A stretch of DNA of 64,000 bases, taken from NCBI GenBank assembly GCA_035493275.1, contig DATJIN010000003.1:3011-67010 (forward strand). The letters run 5' to 3'. Positions 26,457 to 36,674 of this stretch are shown piece after piece. The position numbers and the translations under genes were made by a program. Under the pieces are notes generated by a model, which saw only the letters and a list, made by a program, of their open reading frames with translations, did not search any database and had not been told where the DNA came from. This DNA comes from Sphingomonas sp. (lineage in GTDB: Bacteria > Pseudomonadota > Alphaproteobacteria > Sphingomonadales > Sphingomonadaceae). Each line of letters starts with the position of its first letter. Positions within the stretch are counted from its first letter, which is position 1.

Positions 26457-26485
26457 GGCGTCTTACGTTGACTTACGTTGACGCC
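26457..26485. repeat. Inverted repeat GGCGTC/GACGCC enclosing tandem (CTTACGTTGA)2
   Basis: Read directly upstream of rplY. Confidence 0.8.
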
Positions 26486-26558
26486 GGCGCAGGCAAGCGG
26501 CGACGCTGCCCGGGCAGACATTCATGCCGATTCATAGAGATTCAGGTCTCCTTCGACA

Positions 26559-26777
26559 TCATGAACCGCGTCCGGTTTCCTCTTGCAGGGCGTCGATGCG
26601 CTTCGAGGCCTCAGCCTTGGTCAGGCCGTCCACGAAATCGGCGTGCGCCTCTTCGGACAAAGTCTTGAGATAGGAGGCCTGGGCGCCTGTCATCGGCTCG
26701 TCGCCCGTGGTCCAGTCGTCGGGATCCTTTTCGGCATTGCCGGTCGGATGGTATTTTGGGTTTTCGCTATCAGCCAT
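26559..26777 (-). CDS. DUF3072 family protein
   Basis: EKDPDDWTTGDEPMTGAQASYLKTLSEEA, LTKAEASKRID; alternative ATG at 26795. Confidence 0.9.
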   Translation of the reverse strand: MADSENPKYHPTGNAEKDPDDWTTGDEPMTGAQASYLKTLSEEAHADFVDGLTKAEASKRIDALQEETGRGS

Positions 26778-26795
26778 GTGCAGGATAACGCACAT

Positions 26796-26810
26796 GTTCT
26801 CCTATTGTTC
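26796..26810. promoter_or_regulatory. Alphaproteobacterial LexA (SOS) box
   Basis: GTTC-TCCTATT-GTTC, exact GTTC-N7-GTTC. Confidence 0.6.
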
Positions 26811-26848
26811 AACAAAAAAGGGCGAGGCCGAAGCCCCGCACCGGCGCC

Positions 26849-27949
26849 TTAGATCGGCACATATTCGTGACCGAGCGCTTCGGCCACCGCCTGATGCCGG
26901 ATCTTGCCGCCCATGACATTGAGACCGTTGGCGAGGTGCGGATCGGCCCTCATCGCGGCTTCGGCGCCCATGTTCGCGAGGCGCAGCGCGAACGGCAGCG
27001 TCGCATTGTTGAGCGCGAAAGCAGAGGTGCGTGCGACCGCGCCGGGCATGTTGGCGACGCAATAATGGATTACGCCGTCCACCTCGAACACCGGGTCTTC
27101 GTGCGTCGTCGCGTGGCTGGTTTCGAAGCAGCCGCCCTGATCGATGGCGATGTCGACCAGCACCGAGCCGCGCTTCATTGTCTTGACCATTTCGCGCGTC
27201 ACGAGCTTGGGCGCCGCCGCGCCGGGAACCAGCACCGCGCCGATGACGAGGTGCGCACTCTTCACCGCCGCCTCGATCGCTGCCTTCGAAGCATATTGTG
27301 TCTTGATCTGGCTCGAGAAGAACATGTCGAGTTCGGCGAGGCGATCGTTCGAAATGTCGTAGATCGTCACGTCGGCGCGCATGCCGACCGCCATCTGCGC
27401 CGCGTTGACGCCCGACACGCCGCCGCCAAGAATCGCAACCTTGGCCGGGGCCACGCCCGGAACGCCGCCGAGCAGCACACCGCGGCCACCCTGTTCCTTT
27501 TCGAGATAGTGCGCGCCGACCTGCACCGACATGCGGCCCGCGACTTCGGACATCGGCTTCAACAGCGGCAACGCGCCGGTGCGCGAGGTGACGGTTTCAT
27601 AGGCGATGCAGGTCGCCCCGGACGCCATCAGCCCTTTGGCCTGTTCGGGATCGGGCGCGAGATGGAGGTAGGTGAACAGCAGATGCCGCGGTTCGAGCAG
27701 CGCGATTTCCGACGCCTGCGGTTCCTTGACCTTCACGATCATGTCGCTGTCGCGGAACACCGCGGGCGCATCGGGCAGGATCGTCGCACCGACCGCGCGG
27801 TAATCGTCGTCGGAGAAATCGATGCCCAGGCCGGCGCCGGACTGAATGTTGACGGTGTGGCCCGCAGCAGTGAGTTCGGCGACCGAACCGGGCGTCAGGC
27901 CGACGCGATATTCGTGATTCTTGATTTCCTTAGGGACACCGACGCGCAT
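26849..27949 (-). CDS. ald: Alanine dehydrogenase
   Basis: MRVGVPKEIKNHEYRVG, KVKEP, PMSEVAGR, DIAIDQGGC, VANMPGAV. Confidence 0.98.
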   Translation of the reverse strand: MRVGVPKEIKNHEYRVGLTPGSVAELTAAGHTVNIQSGAGLGIDFSDDDYRAVGATILPDAPAVFRDSDMIVKVKEPQASEIALLEPRHLLFTYLHLAPDPEQAKGLMASGATCIAYETVTSRTGALPLLKPMSEVAGRMSVQVGAHYLEKEQGGRGVLLGGVPGVAPAKVAILGGGVSGVNAAQMAVGMRADVTIYDISNDRLAELDMFFSSQIKTQYASKAAIEAAVKSAHLVIGAVLVPGAAAPKLVTREMVKTMKRGSVLVDIAIDQGGCFETSHATTHEDPVFEVDGVIHYCVANMPGAVARTSAFALNNATLPFALRLANMGAEAAMRADPHLANGLNVMGGKIRHQAVAEALGHEYVPI

Positions 27950-28094
27950 GGCGCACTCCTGATTTCGTGAATGAGCCGCCCTATATCGAGACTGCATCCT
28001 TCTGTCTCGATTGCGCGTTGCAGGGGGCGGTGCTACCGGCCCGCGGCTTCGCGCGAGTCGCGAGCGAAATGAAAGGCCGGGTTCACGCCCAAAG

Positions 28095-30044
28095 ATGGCA
28101 GACGCTGTCGTTCCTGCTGCAATACCGCCCATCGAAGCGCCGCATGCGGCGATCGACGAGTCGCACCCGCATATCCACGGCAGCCTCGCAAAACTGATCG
28201 TCGGCGCCATCGGCATCGTCTTTGGCGATATCGGCACCAGTCCAATCTACGCGTTTCGCGAAACCTTTGTCGGCCATCACCGGCTAACCCTGGACGTGGC
28301 ACACGTTTATGGCGTGCTCAGCCTTATCTTCTGGTCGATGATGATCGTCGTGACGTTCAAATACGTCTCGGTCATCATGCGCGCGGACAATAAGGGCGAA
28401 GGCGGCAGTCTCGCCCTGCTCGCGCTGATCAACCGCAGCGGCGGCGGGCCAAAGCGCTGGTCGGCGCCGCTGATCCTTATGGGCGTTTTTGCCACGGCGC
28501 TGTTTTACGGCGACTCAATGATTACGCCCGCAATGTCGGTTCTGTCGGCGGCCGAGGGCTTGAAGGTCGCGAGCCCGTTCTTCGACCCGTATGTTGTACC
28601 GATCGCCGTCGTCATTTTGATCGGACTGTTCCTTATTCAGGCGCGGGGGACTGCGGTTGTCGGCGCGTTTTTCGGCCCGATCATGCTAATTTACTTCGCA
28701 ACCATCGCGACGTTGGGCGTGATGCACATCGTCGAACGACCGTCGATCATCTGGGCAGCGATCAACCCGTATCACGCCTATCATTTTTTCGCGCTAGATC
28801 CGCTGCGTGGCTTCCTCGCGCTTGGCTCGGTGGTGCTGGCGGTGACGGGTGCGGAAGCGCTTTACGCCGATATGGGGCATTTCGGGCGCAATCCGATCCG
28901 CGTTTCCTGGCTGTTTTTTGTGCTGCCCGGCCTCATGCTCAACTATCTCGGCCAGGGTGCCATGATCCTGCAGAGCCGCAATCCCGGCGAGATCATCCAC
29001 AATCCGTTCTTCTTTCTGGCGCCCGATGCGCTGCGCCTGCCCCTGGTGATCCTTGCTATTCTGGCGACGATCATCGCCAGCCAGGCGGTCATTTCGGGGG
29101 CCTTCAGCCTGACGCAGCAGGCGATCCAGCTCGGCTTCGTGCCGCGGCTGCGCATCGAACATACCAGCGAGAGCGCGTTTGGGCAGATCTACATCCCGGT
29201 CATCAACTGGGCGCTGATGACCATGGTGCTGTTGCTGGTGCTGTTCTTTGGCAGCTCGTCAAACCTGGCGGCGGCCTATGGTATTGCGGTGACCGGCGCG
29301 ATGTTCATCGACAACGTCCTGCTCGCGGCCGTGATCTTCACGATCTGGAAGTGGAACAAGTGGCTGGCCGTGCCGCTGCTCGCATTGTTCACCCTTGTCG
29401 ACCTTGCCTATCTGGCATCGAACCTGACCAAGGTGCCCGATGGCGGCTGGTTCCCGCTGCTGGTCGGGGTGATTGCCTTCACGCTGCTGACGACCTGGGC
29501 CAAGGGCCGCCAGTTAATGATCGCGCGGATGCGCGAGGCGGCGATGCCATTGCAGGTGTTCATCAAATCGGCCGCGCAGAGCGCGAGCCGCGTGCCGGGC
29601 ACTGCGGTCTTCATGACCTCGACGCCCGACGGCGTGCCGCACGCGCTGTTGCACAATCTGAAGCACAACAAGGTGCTGCACGAGCGCGTCATCCTGTTGA
29701 CCGTGAAGATCAAGGATGTCCCCTTCGTGCAGGATGACACGCGTTGCGGGCTTGAGCCGCTGGGCGAAGGGTTCTTCCGCCTCGTCATCATGTACGGCTT
29801 CATGCAGGAGCCCGACGTGCCGGCGGCGTTGCAGCGGGTCACCGGCTGCGGCGCCGCGTTCAAGATGATGGACACCAGCTTCTTCCTGGCGCGCCAGACA
29901 CTGCTGCCGTCCAGCCGCCCGGGCATGGCGATCTGGCGTGAAAAGCTGTTCGCCTGGATGCTGCGCAACGCCGAAAGTGCGATGGAGTTCTTCCGTTTGC
30001 CGACCAATCGCGTGGTCGAATTGGGTAGTCAGGTCGAAATCTAG
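28095..30044 (+). CDS. kup: Potassium transporter Kup
   Basis: [45 protein letters not shown]. Confidence 0.98.
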   Translation: MADAVVPAAIPPIEAPHAAIDESHPHIHGSLAKLIVGAIGIVFGDIGTSPIYAFRETFVGHHRLTLDVAHVYGVLSLIFWSMMIVVTFKYVSVIMRADNKGEGGSLALLALINRSGGGPKRWSAPLILMGVFATALFYGDSMITPAMSVLSAAEGLKVASPFFDPYVVPIAVVILIGLFLIQARGTAVVGAFFGPIMLIYFATIATLGVMHIVERPSIIWAAINPYHAYHFFALDPLRGFLALGSVVLAVTGAEALYADMGHFGRNPIRVSWLFFVLPGLMLNYLGQGAMILQSRNPGEIIHNPFFFLAPDALRLPLVILAILATIIASQAVISGAFSLTQQAIQLGFVPRLRIEHTSESAFGQIYIPVINWALMTMVLLLVLFFGSSSNLAAAYGIAVTGAMFIDNVLLAAVIFTIWKWNKWLAVPLLALFTLVDLAYLASNLTKVPDGGWFPLLVGVIAFTLLTTWAKGRQLMIARMREAAMPLQVFIKSAAQSASRVPGTAVFMTSTPDGVPHALLHNLKHNKVLHERVILLTVKIKDVPFVQDDTRCGLEPLGEGFFRLVIMYGFMQEPDVPAALQRVTGCGAAFKMMDTSFFLARQTLLPSSRPGMAIWREKLFAWMLRNAESAMEFFRLPTNRVVELGSQVEI

Positions 30045-30901
30045 GCGGCGAGCAGCACCACGCCGCCGACCAGTATGGCACAGCCGAGCAGGCGGAATTT
30101 GCCGACGGGTTCGCCGAGGAAGACCATCCCGAACAGCGTGCCGATCATCATCGAGGTTTCGCGCGTCGGTGCGACGATGTGGAGCGGGGCGCCCCAGCGC
30201 AGTGCGGTGAGCACGAGGATGTAGCCGAGCGGCGAGAGCAGGCCGATGACCCACGCCCCGCGCCAATGCCCGGCCATCGCTGACCGCCAATTTCCGCGTG
30301 CCGCCGGGGCGATCAGCGCGCTGCGGAACACGTTGGTCGCCCAATCGAGCACCAGCGGGGCGATCAGTAGCACTTTAACGGCATAGCCATCGGCCACCGA
30401 ATAGCTGGCAATCAGCGCGCCGGTGATCAGCCCCCATTGAATACCCCGCATCGCGCCGGGCTCGCGGAATTTGGCGAGGCGGCCATCGGTGGCAATCAGC
30501 GCGATCCCGGCGATGACCGCGAGCAGACCGGCGAGGCCGCGCCCATCGGGCACTTCGCCGAGCAGCAGGAAGGCGCCGATGCTCGACAGCGCCGGGCCAG
30601 TGCCGCGCGCGACGGGATAGACGACGGACAGGTCGGCGACGCGGTAACCGCGCTGCAGCGCGAGATTATAAGCGATGTGCAGCACGCCCCCGAGCGCAAC
30701 GAAGCCCAACGCCGCGACGGTCCAAGGCAATTCGCCCTGCGCAATCATCCAGATCGCGACCGGCGCGTAAGCGATGCTCGAGATCAGGCTGTAAGCGAGG
30801 ATGAATGCCGGCCCGGCATGTGCGGCGCGCTTGGCGAACAAGTTCCATGTGGCGTGGATCAGCGCTGCAAGAATGACGAGCGCGAGCGAGGCTGCCGGCA
30901 A
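30041..30901 (-). CDS. EamA/DMT family transporter
   Basis: [30 protein letters not shown]; about 10 TM; TTG start. Confidence 0.88.
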   Translation of the reverse strand: MPAASLALVILAALIHATWNLFAKRAAHAGPAFILAYSLISSIAYAPVAIWMIAQGELPWTVAALGFVALGGVLHIAYNLALQRGYRVADLSVVYPVARGTGPALSSIGAFLLLGEVPDGRGLAGLLAVIAGIALIATDGRLAKFREPGAMRGIQWGLITGALIASYSVADGYAVKVLLIAPLVLDWATNVFRSALIAPAARGNWRSAMAGHWRGAWVIGLLSPLGYILVLTALRWGAPLHIVAPTRETSMMIGTLFGMVFLGEPVGKFRLLGCAILVGGVVLLAA

Positions 30902-30903
30902 TC

Positions 30904-32418
30904 CTACCCGCCCGCGAGCTTTTTGGCGCGTTCCTTGGCGGCGCGTTTGGCGTGGCGTTCGGCGACGAGTTGTCCGGCGCGTTTCGGATTCCAGGTCAAG
31001 GCGCCAGCAGCCTTGGCATCAGCCGAAATCAAGACCCCTGCCGGCGCAACCCGCGCATCGCGGATCGCCGCACCGGCGAGCTTGCCGTTGAACACAAAGC
31101 CTTCAAACGGCTGTTCGCGCAGCCAGCGGTCCGCCTTGTCGAGGCCCGACTGATAGTCGTTGGCAAAATCGTAGCGCACCGAATTCATTAGCTGATCGTG
31201 CAAGCTCGTGTCGTTGATCGCCGAAACGAGCGCGTTGAACACGGTGCTATCGGTGCGGCCGACCAAAACCAGGTCCCTGATCGAAAGCACACGACCGGGA
31301 ATGTCGAGCATCGGCGTGGCGACGAACCAGACCGTGCCGCTCGGCGCGACGAGACCGCCGGCGGCGTCGAGGTTGAGGTCAAGGCCGACAGCCAGCTTGC
31401 CGCCCGAGGCCCCGTAAATCGTCACCTTGCGCACGGTGACGTCGACGCTGTGGCCGTTCTTGAGTTTCAGGCGGCGCTTGCCCGGCTTGACCAGCGCATC
31501 GTTCGCCGCGGCTTCGAGGATGCCATACGGCACGAACACCGGCACGTGCATGTTGATGCCCTGCTCAGCGAGCGGGCCTTGTAAGCGCGGGAGCGGCGTA
31601 ACCGGCGGATCGGCGGGCTTGTCGCCGAAGATCGTCTCGGTCTTCATCTGCGCGGACAGGCCGGCGGTGAGCAAGCCGTTCGCGATGCGATAGCCCGAAA
31701 AGCCGATCGCCTGCGGGGTGAAGCGCGCCCAGATCAGCGGTTCGGATTTGACGCGTTCGGAACGAAAGCCCTTGGCCCAGATCGACGCCGCTTTGTCACG
31801 CACGCCCGCGCGGGCGAGTTTGCCGGGTAGTTGGCGCTCCAGCTTGTTGAGGATTTCGTGCAGCTTGGGATCGACCTTCGACTGGAAAGTGATCCGCTGG
31901 CCGAGGAAATCGATGCCGATCGGGTTGGTCCAGCTGTAATTCGCATCGACTTTCGCCGTCGGCGTCCAATCGGGGCGCAGACCGAGGCGCAGACGCGTGG
32001 TGACGACGACCGCGCCGGTCGCGGTTTCGTGCTTGATCAGCTTGCCGATATTTTCGGCGCGGACGGTGGCGGCGACGGGAATGCGCAGGGTGATGACGTC
32101 GCCGGCGCCGGTGAGCGCGATGGGACCGCGCGTCACCTGCCCGCGCAAACGGCAGGTCAGGTCCGGGAGCAGCTTTGACTTCGTCTTGATGCAGACGCGC
32201 GGCGGCTCGTCGATGACCTGGAGGACGCGCGGCACTTCTTCCTCGATCGCGCGCTTGAGGTCGGCCAGCGGCACGCTGATCGGCATGCGGATTGTCGACG
32301 GTTGATCGGGCAAGGCGACCGGCGTTTCGAGCCGCGGCGGCGCGGGCGGTGCGACATCCTCAGCCTTCTTACAACCCGTGACGAGCAGGATGGCGAGGAG
32401 CGCGGCCCGCTTCAGCAT
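30904..32418 (-). CDS. Lipoprotein, DUF4403-like
   Basis: Lipobox LVTGC; S.I.MPISVPL and beta-rich repeats as recalled for DUF4403. Confidence 0.72.
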   Translation of the reverse strand: MLKRAALLAILLVTGCKKAEDVAPPAPPRLETPVALPDQPSTIRMPISVPLADLKRAIEEEVPRVLQVIDEPPRVCIKTKSKLLPDLTCRLRGQVTRGPIALTGAGDVITLRIPVAATVRAENIGKLIKHETATGAVVVTTRLRLGLRPDWTPTAKVDANYSWTNPIGIDFLGQRITFQSKVDPKLHEILNKLERQLPGKLARAGVRDKAASIWAKGFRSERVKSEPLIWARFTPQAIGFSGYRIANGLLTAGLSAQMKTETIFGDKPADPPVTPLPRLQGPLAEQGINMHVPVFVPYGILEAAANDALVKPGKRRLKLKNGHSVDVTVRKVTIYGASGGKLAVGLDLNLDAAGGLVAPSGTVWFVATPMLDIPGRVLSIRDLVLVGRTDSTVFNALVSAINDTSLHDQLMNSVRYDFANDYQSGLDKADRWLREQPFEGFVFNGKLAGAAIRDARVAPAGVLISADAKAAGALTWNPKRAGQLVAERHAKRAAKERAKKLAGG

Positions 32419-33041
32419 TTGATCGGAGAGAACTCGCCAGTGCTGTCGTCGAGCGTATGCAGGCAGCCGTCAGCGATCGCGAACAACGCGCCGCGCAGCT
32501 TCAGCGTGCCCGCCGCCTCGGCCTCTTGCACGAAGGGGAAGGTGCGCAGATTGAAAAGGCTCGTCTTGACCGTTTCCAGCTCGAGCGCTCGGATCGCTTC
32601 CGGGCCCGTGCCGTGTTCGGCGATCACCCGGTCACGGGCGTCGTCGAGCATGTCGATCCAGTGCGCGATGAAGCCGCCCTCGCCTGCCTTGGCACCTTCG
32701 AATGTCTTGTTCAGCGCCGCCGCAACGCCGCCGCACGCGCCGTGGCCCATCACGACGATTTCCGAGACCTTGAGCTGCGTCACCGCAAATTCGAGCGCGG
32801 CAGACACGCCGTGCCGACCGCCACCGACTTCATACGGCGGGACGAGATTGGCAACGTTGCGCACGACGAAAACTTCGCCGGGGGACGTGCCGAAAATCGT
32901 CGCCGGGTCGACGCGACTGTCGGAACAGGCGATGATCATCGTCTTGGGTGATTGGCCGCGCGCCAGCTCGTCCCAACGGGCGCGCTCGCGCACCCAGCCA
33001 TCCTCGCGCCAGCGGCGGTAGCCATCGATCAGTGTGTCCAT
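32412..33041 (-). CDS. Beta-class carbonic anhydrase
   Basis: ACSDSRV, RNVANLVPP, GHGACGG. Confidence 0.96.
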   Translation of the reverse strand: MDTLIDGYRRWREDGWVRERARWDELARGQSPKTMIIACSDSRVDPATIFGTSPGEVFVVRNVANLVPPYEVGGGRHGVSAALEFAVTQLKVSEIVVMGHGACGGVAAALNKTFEGAKAGEGGFIAHWIDMLDDARDRVIAEHGTGPEAIRALELETVKTSLFNLRTFPFVQEAEAAGTLKLRGALFAIADGCLHTLDDSTGEFSPIKC

Positions 33042-33105
33042 GCGCCCCCGCTAGGATTGCGCGCGCGGGGTGGCAAGCGGCGTTCTGGATCGCTATCTGG
33101 CATGA

Positions 33106-34029
33106 ATGAGCGAGGCCGATCCCGTCACCCTTCCAAGCCAGCGCGCGCGCAAGCCCGACTGGATTCGCGTCAAGGCACCGATTGGCCAGGCGTTCAGCGA
33201 AACCAAGGCGCTGATGCGCCGCCTCAACCTCGCGACGGTCTGCGAGGAAGCCGCCTGCCCGAACATCGGCGAGTGCTGGACCAAGAAGCACGCGACGGTG
33301 ATGATTCTCGGCGACACGTGCACGCGCGCCTGCGCGTTTTGCAATGTGAAGACCGGTATGCCGCGCGCGGTTGATCCGCTTGAACCCGAACATGTTGCGG
33401 TGGCGGCCGCCGAATTGGGCCTCGAGCATATCGTCGTCACCAGTGTCGACCGGGACGACCTGGCCGACGGCGGCGCATCGCAGTTCGTCAAGGTGATTGA
33501 GGCCCTGCGGCGCAACACGCCGAACACGACGATCGAAATCCTGACGCCGGATTTCCGCAACAAGCATGAGGCCGCGGTCGAAGCGATCGTCGCCGCGCGC
33601 CCCGACGTCTACAACCACAACCTCGAGACCGTTCCGCGGCTCTACCCGACGATCCGGCCTGGCGCGCGCTATTATGCGTCGCTGCGGCTGCTCGAACAGG
33701 TCAAGCGACTCGATCCGTCGATCTTCACCAAATCCGGGATGATGATGGGGTTGGGCGAAGACCGGCTGGAAGTGCATCAGGTGATGGACGACATGCGCTC
33801 GGCGGGCGTCGATTTCCTGACTCTCGGCCAATACCTCCAGCCGACGCCGCGCCATGCCAAGGTGCAGGAATTCGTCACGCCGGCGACGTTCAACGCCTAT
33901 GCCGCGATCGCGCGCGCCAAGGGGTTCCTGCTCGTCGCCAGCTCGCCATTGACGCGGTCGAGCTACCACGCGGGCGACGATTTCGCGAAGCTGCGCGCGG
34001 CGCGAGAGGCGCAGTTGGCACGCGCCTGA
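33106..34029 (+). CDS. lipA: Lipoyl synthase
   Basis: [24 protein letters not shown]. Confidence 0.99.
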   Translation: MSEADPVTLPSQRARKPDWIRVKAPIGQAFSETKALMRRLNLATVCEEAACPNIGECWTKKHATVMILGDTCTRACAFCNVKTGMPRAVDPLEPEHVAVAAAELGLEHIVVTSVDRDDLADGGASQFVKVIEALRRNTPNTTIEILTPDFRNKHEAAVEAIVAARPDVYNHNLETVPRLYPTIRPGARYYASLRLLEQVKRLDPSIFTKSGMMMGLGEDRLEVHQVMDDMRSAGVDFLTLGQYLQPTPRHAKVQEFVTPATFNAYAAIARAKGFLLVASSPLTRSSYHAGDDFAKLRAAREAQLARA

Positions 34030-34487
34030 TGCCCCGGCATCACGAACATCGTGTCCTGCCCTATAGCGCCGAGCAGATGTTCGATCTGGTGGCCGATGTC
34101 GGCCGCTATGACGAATTTCTGCCCTGGGTCAGCGCGGTCCGCGTGCGGTCCGATACCCCGACGCTCGCCGTCGCCGATCTGATCGTTGGTTTCAGAGGGT
34201 TGAGCGAGCGGTTCACCAGCCGGGTGAAGAAAGACCGCCCGTCAGCGATCGACGTCGAATATATCGAAGGTCCGCTCAGTCGCCTGAGCAATTGCTGGCG
34301 CTTCAAGCCGCACCCTGACGGTTGCGAAGTCGATTTCGCCGTGGATTTCGCCTTCAAGAACCGCGTGTTCGAGATGATCGCGGGCCAAATGTTCGACCTG
34401 GCCCTGCGCCAGATGATCGCGGCATTCGAAGCCCGCGCGCACGCGCTTTACGGCAGCAGCAGTTCGAGCGCTTTCAGCGCCGCCTGA
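34029..34487 (+). CDS. RatA/Coq10 START-domain protein
   Basis: YSAEQMFDLVADVGRYDEFLPW, FTSRV, AFEARA. Confidence 0.92.
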   Translation: MPRHHEHRVLPYSAEQMFDLVADVGRYDEFLPWVSAVRVRSDTPTLAVADLIVGFRGLSERFTSRVKKDRPSAIDVEYIEGPLSRLSNCWRFKPHPDGCEVDFAVDFAFKNRVFEMIAGQMFDLALRQMIAAFEARAHALYGSSSSSAFSAA

Positions 34488-34957
34488 AGCCGCACGCCGC
34501 CGCGGCCGAGGTCGCCGAACTGGTGCTTGTCGGCGTGCATATCGTCCGGGTCCTGGCCTTTCAGGGCGCGGGCAAGGACGACGGTACCGACCGGTTTCTT
34601 ATCCGATCCTCCGGCAGGGCCGGCGATGCCGGTGACCGCGACGACGATGTCCGCACCGCTTTCCTTGAGCGCAGCCTGCGCCATCGCCCAGCCGGTGGCG
34701 ATGGAGACCGCGCCAAAGGTTTCGACGATGTCGCGACCGACGCCAATCTGCGTCTTGGCATCGTCGGCGTAGGTGACAAACCCGGCAAGGAAGACGTCTG
34801 ACGAGCCGGGCAGCTCGGTCAGCGCGGCGGAGATAAGGCCGCCGGTGCAGCTTTCGGCAACGGCGATGGTGCGTCCGGCGGCGCGGTTGGCGTCGATGGC
34901 GCGGCGACCGGCCTCGATCAGCTCTTTGGGGAGCAGCGTGTCGATCGGTTCGCTCAT
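34448..34957 (-). CDS. CinA/PncC family NMN deamidase
   Basis: AESCTGGL, GFVTYADDAK, GAVS, VTGIAGP; start ATG 34957. Confidence 0.92.
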   Translation of the reverse strand: MSEPIDTLLPKELIEAGRRAIDANRAAGRTIAVAESCTGGLISAALTELPGSSDVFLAGFVTYADDAKTQIGVGRDIVETFGAVSIATGWAMAQAALKESGADIVVAVTGIAGPAGGSDKKPVGTVVLARALKGQDPDDMHADKHQFGDLGRGGVRLQAALKALELLLP

Positions 34958-35484
34958 TTCACCACCGGACAGATGACCGGCGCACGCGGCTTTCCGTCCG
35001 GCGTCCGGGACGGTCTGCCTTTGTCCAGACGGACAATCGCCGTGATCAGCGCGATGAAGTTCGCGGGCGGCAGCGGGTCGAGATTGGCGGCGATCTCGTC
35101 CGCCGCCGCACAATCGCGCGCGCTGAGCTTTTCCTTGGCCAGGCTCTCGCCAAGCATCGGCATGATGAGGCCGCGCGCGGTTTGCTCGTCGATCATCGTG
35201 AATAGCTTGAGATCGGGCTGGCTGGCCATCGCCGCCTTCACTTCGGGCCATGCTGTTGCCGCACCGGGACGATAGCGATCGGCCAGCGCGGCGCCGCTGC
35301 GACGGATATAGGCGGTGGGCGTAAGCAACGGCGCACACTTGTCGGCACCTGCCTTGATCAGATCGGGTGCGAGGAACCGGGCCACCGCGTTGAACTGCGC
35401 TTCAGTGAGACACGCTGCGTCGACCACCCCCGCCTGGACGGTCAGCACTGCCGCGACTGCCGCTCGAAAAGCCGTCACTGCCAT
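34954..35484 (-). CDS. Hypothetical exported protein
   Basis: Signal peptide MAVTAFRAAVAAVLTVQA, CLT...C...C...LDPLPPAN...VIC; overlaps both ispDF and cinA. Confidence 0.7.
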   Translation of the reverse strand: MAVTAFRAAVAAVLTVQAGVVDAACLTEAQFNAVARFLAPDLIKAGADKCAPLLTPTAYIRRSGAALADRYRPGAATAWPEVKAAMASQPDLKLFTMIDEQTARGLIMPMLGESLAKEKLSARDCAAADEIAANLDPLPPANFIALITAIVRLDKGRPSRTPDGKPRAPVICPVVK

Positions 35485-36611
35485 TGCCAAAACTCCGCTG
35501 TGGCGGCCGCCTGCGCCGCAATTCCTTCGCCGCGCCCGGTAAAGCCGAGCCGTTCGGTCGTTGTCGCCTTGACGCTGACGCGGCCAATGTCGAGTCCCAA
35601 CAGCGCGGCGATCTGCTTGCGCATCACCTCGCGGTGAGGGCCGATCTTGGGCGCCTCGCACATCAATGTCAGGTCGACATGGACGATCTTGCCGCCCTGC
35701 GCCGCGATCAGCTTGGCGGCGTGCTCAACGAATTGGCCCGAACGCGCGCCGCGCCACTGCGCGTCGCTCGGCGGAAAATGGCTGCCGATATCGCCCGCGG
35801 CGATCGTACCAAGCAGCGCGTCGGTGATCGCGTGGAGCGCGACGTCGGCGTCCGAATGACCGCTGAGGCCGTGCGTGTGCGCGATCTCGATCCCGCCGAG
35901 CCACAATGATTCGCCGGCTTCGAGGCGGTGGACATCGAAGCCGGTCGCCGTGCGCGACTGCCAACGGCCAAGCGTGGCTTCGGCGCGGGCGAAGTCGGCA
36001 GGGTGCGTTAGCTTGTCCAGCAGCGGATCGCCCGCGACCAGAGCAACCTCGACACCGTGGGCGCGCGCGACTTGAGCGTCGTCGGTAGCGGGGCCACCCG
36101 TCCAGGCCTCATGCGCAGCGATGATTGCGTCAAGGTGGAATGCTTGTGGCGTCTGGACGCGGTTGAGCGCGTTACGATCGGTCGTCTCGCCCAGCACATT
36201 GTCGCCACTTGCCAAGGTGTCGACCACCGGCAGCACCGGGACGGCACCATCATGCGTGCCGATCGCGGCGAGCAGCTGCTCGATCACCGCGCGCGGCAGG
36301 AGCGGCCGCGCTGCGTCGTGTATCAGGACATGCGTCGCGCCCGATGCTGCGACGGCCGCCAATCCGGCTCGCACAGAATCCGCGCGTTCGAGGCCGCCGA
36401 GCGTGACACTGGCGACCTCGCGCCCAGAAAGTGCTTCGATCAGGGCGCCCTCCTGCCCTGCGCCGATCACGACATGCACCGGGATCCCGGCGAAGGCATC
36501 AACGGCGCGGGTAATCACCGGCACCCCGCCCAGGTTGCGAAACTGCTTAGGTAGGTCGCTGCCGATGCGCGTACCCTTCCCGGCGGCGACAATAAGGGCA
36601 GCGACTTGCAT
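35475..36611 (-). CDS. ispDF: Bifunctional IspD/IspF
   Basis: AAGKGTR, IHDAARP, VQTPQAF; GFDVH, GHSDADV, KATTTERLG. Confidence 0.97.
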   Translation of the reverse strand: MQVAALIVAAGKGTRIGSDLPKQFRNLGGVPVITRAVDAFAGIPVHVVIGAGQEGALIEALSGREVASVTLGGLERADSVRAGLAAVAASGATHVLIHDAARPLLPRAVIEQLLAAIGTHDGAVPVLPVVDTLASGDNVLGETTDRNALNRVQTPQAFHLDAIIAAHEAWTGGPATDDAQVARAHGVEVALVAGDPLLDKLTHPADFARAEATLGRWQSRTATGFDVHRLEAGESLWLGGIEIAHTHGLSGHSDADVALHAITDALLGTIAAGDIGSHFPPSDAQWRGARSGQFVEHAAKLIAAQGGKIVHVDLTLMCEAPKIGPHREVMRKQIAALLGLDIGRVSVKATTTERLGFTGRGEGIAAQAAATAEFWQWQ

Positions 36612-36657
36612 ATCGCCCGCCTAGCCTGCGTCCGCCCTTTCTGTCGACAAATCACTC

Positions 36658-36674
36658 TGCCTAAATTATGGGCA
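36658..36674. promoter_or_regulatory. NtrC-type binding site over the dusB start
   Basis: TGCCTAAATTATGGGCA = TGC-N11-GCA with AT-rich core. Confidence 0.65.

Noticed and set aside
34029-34487. RatA as a toxin-antitoxin system
   Set aside because: No ratB partner; in this lipA-linked context the family is the Coq10-like ubiquinone-binding protein
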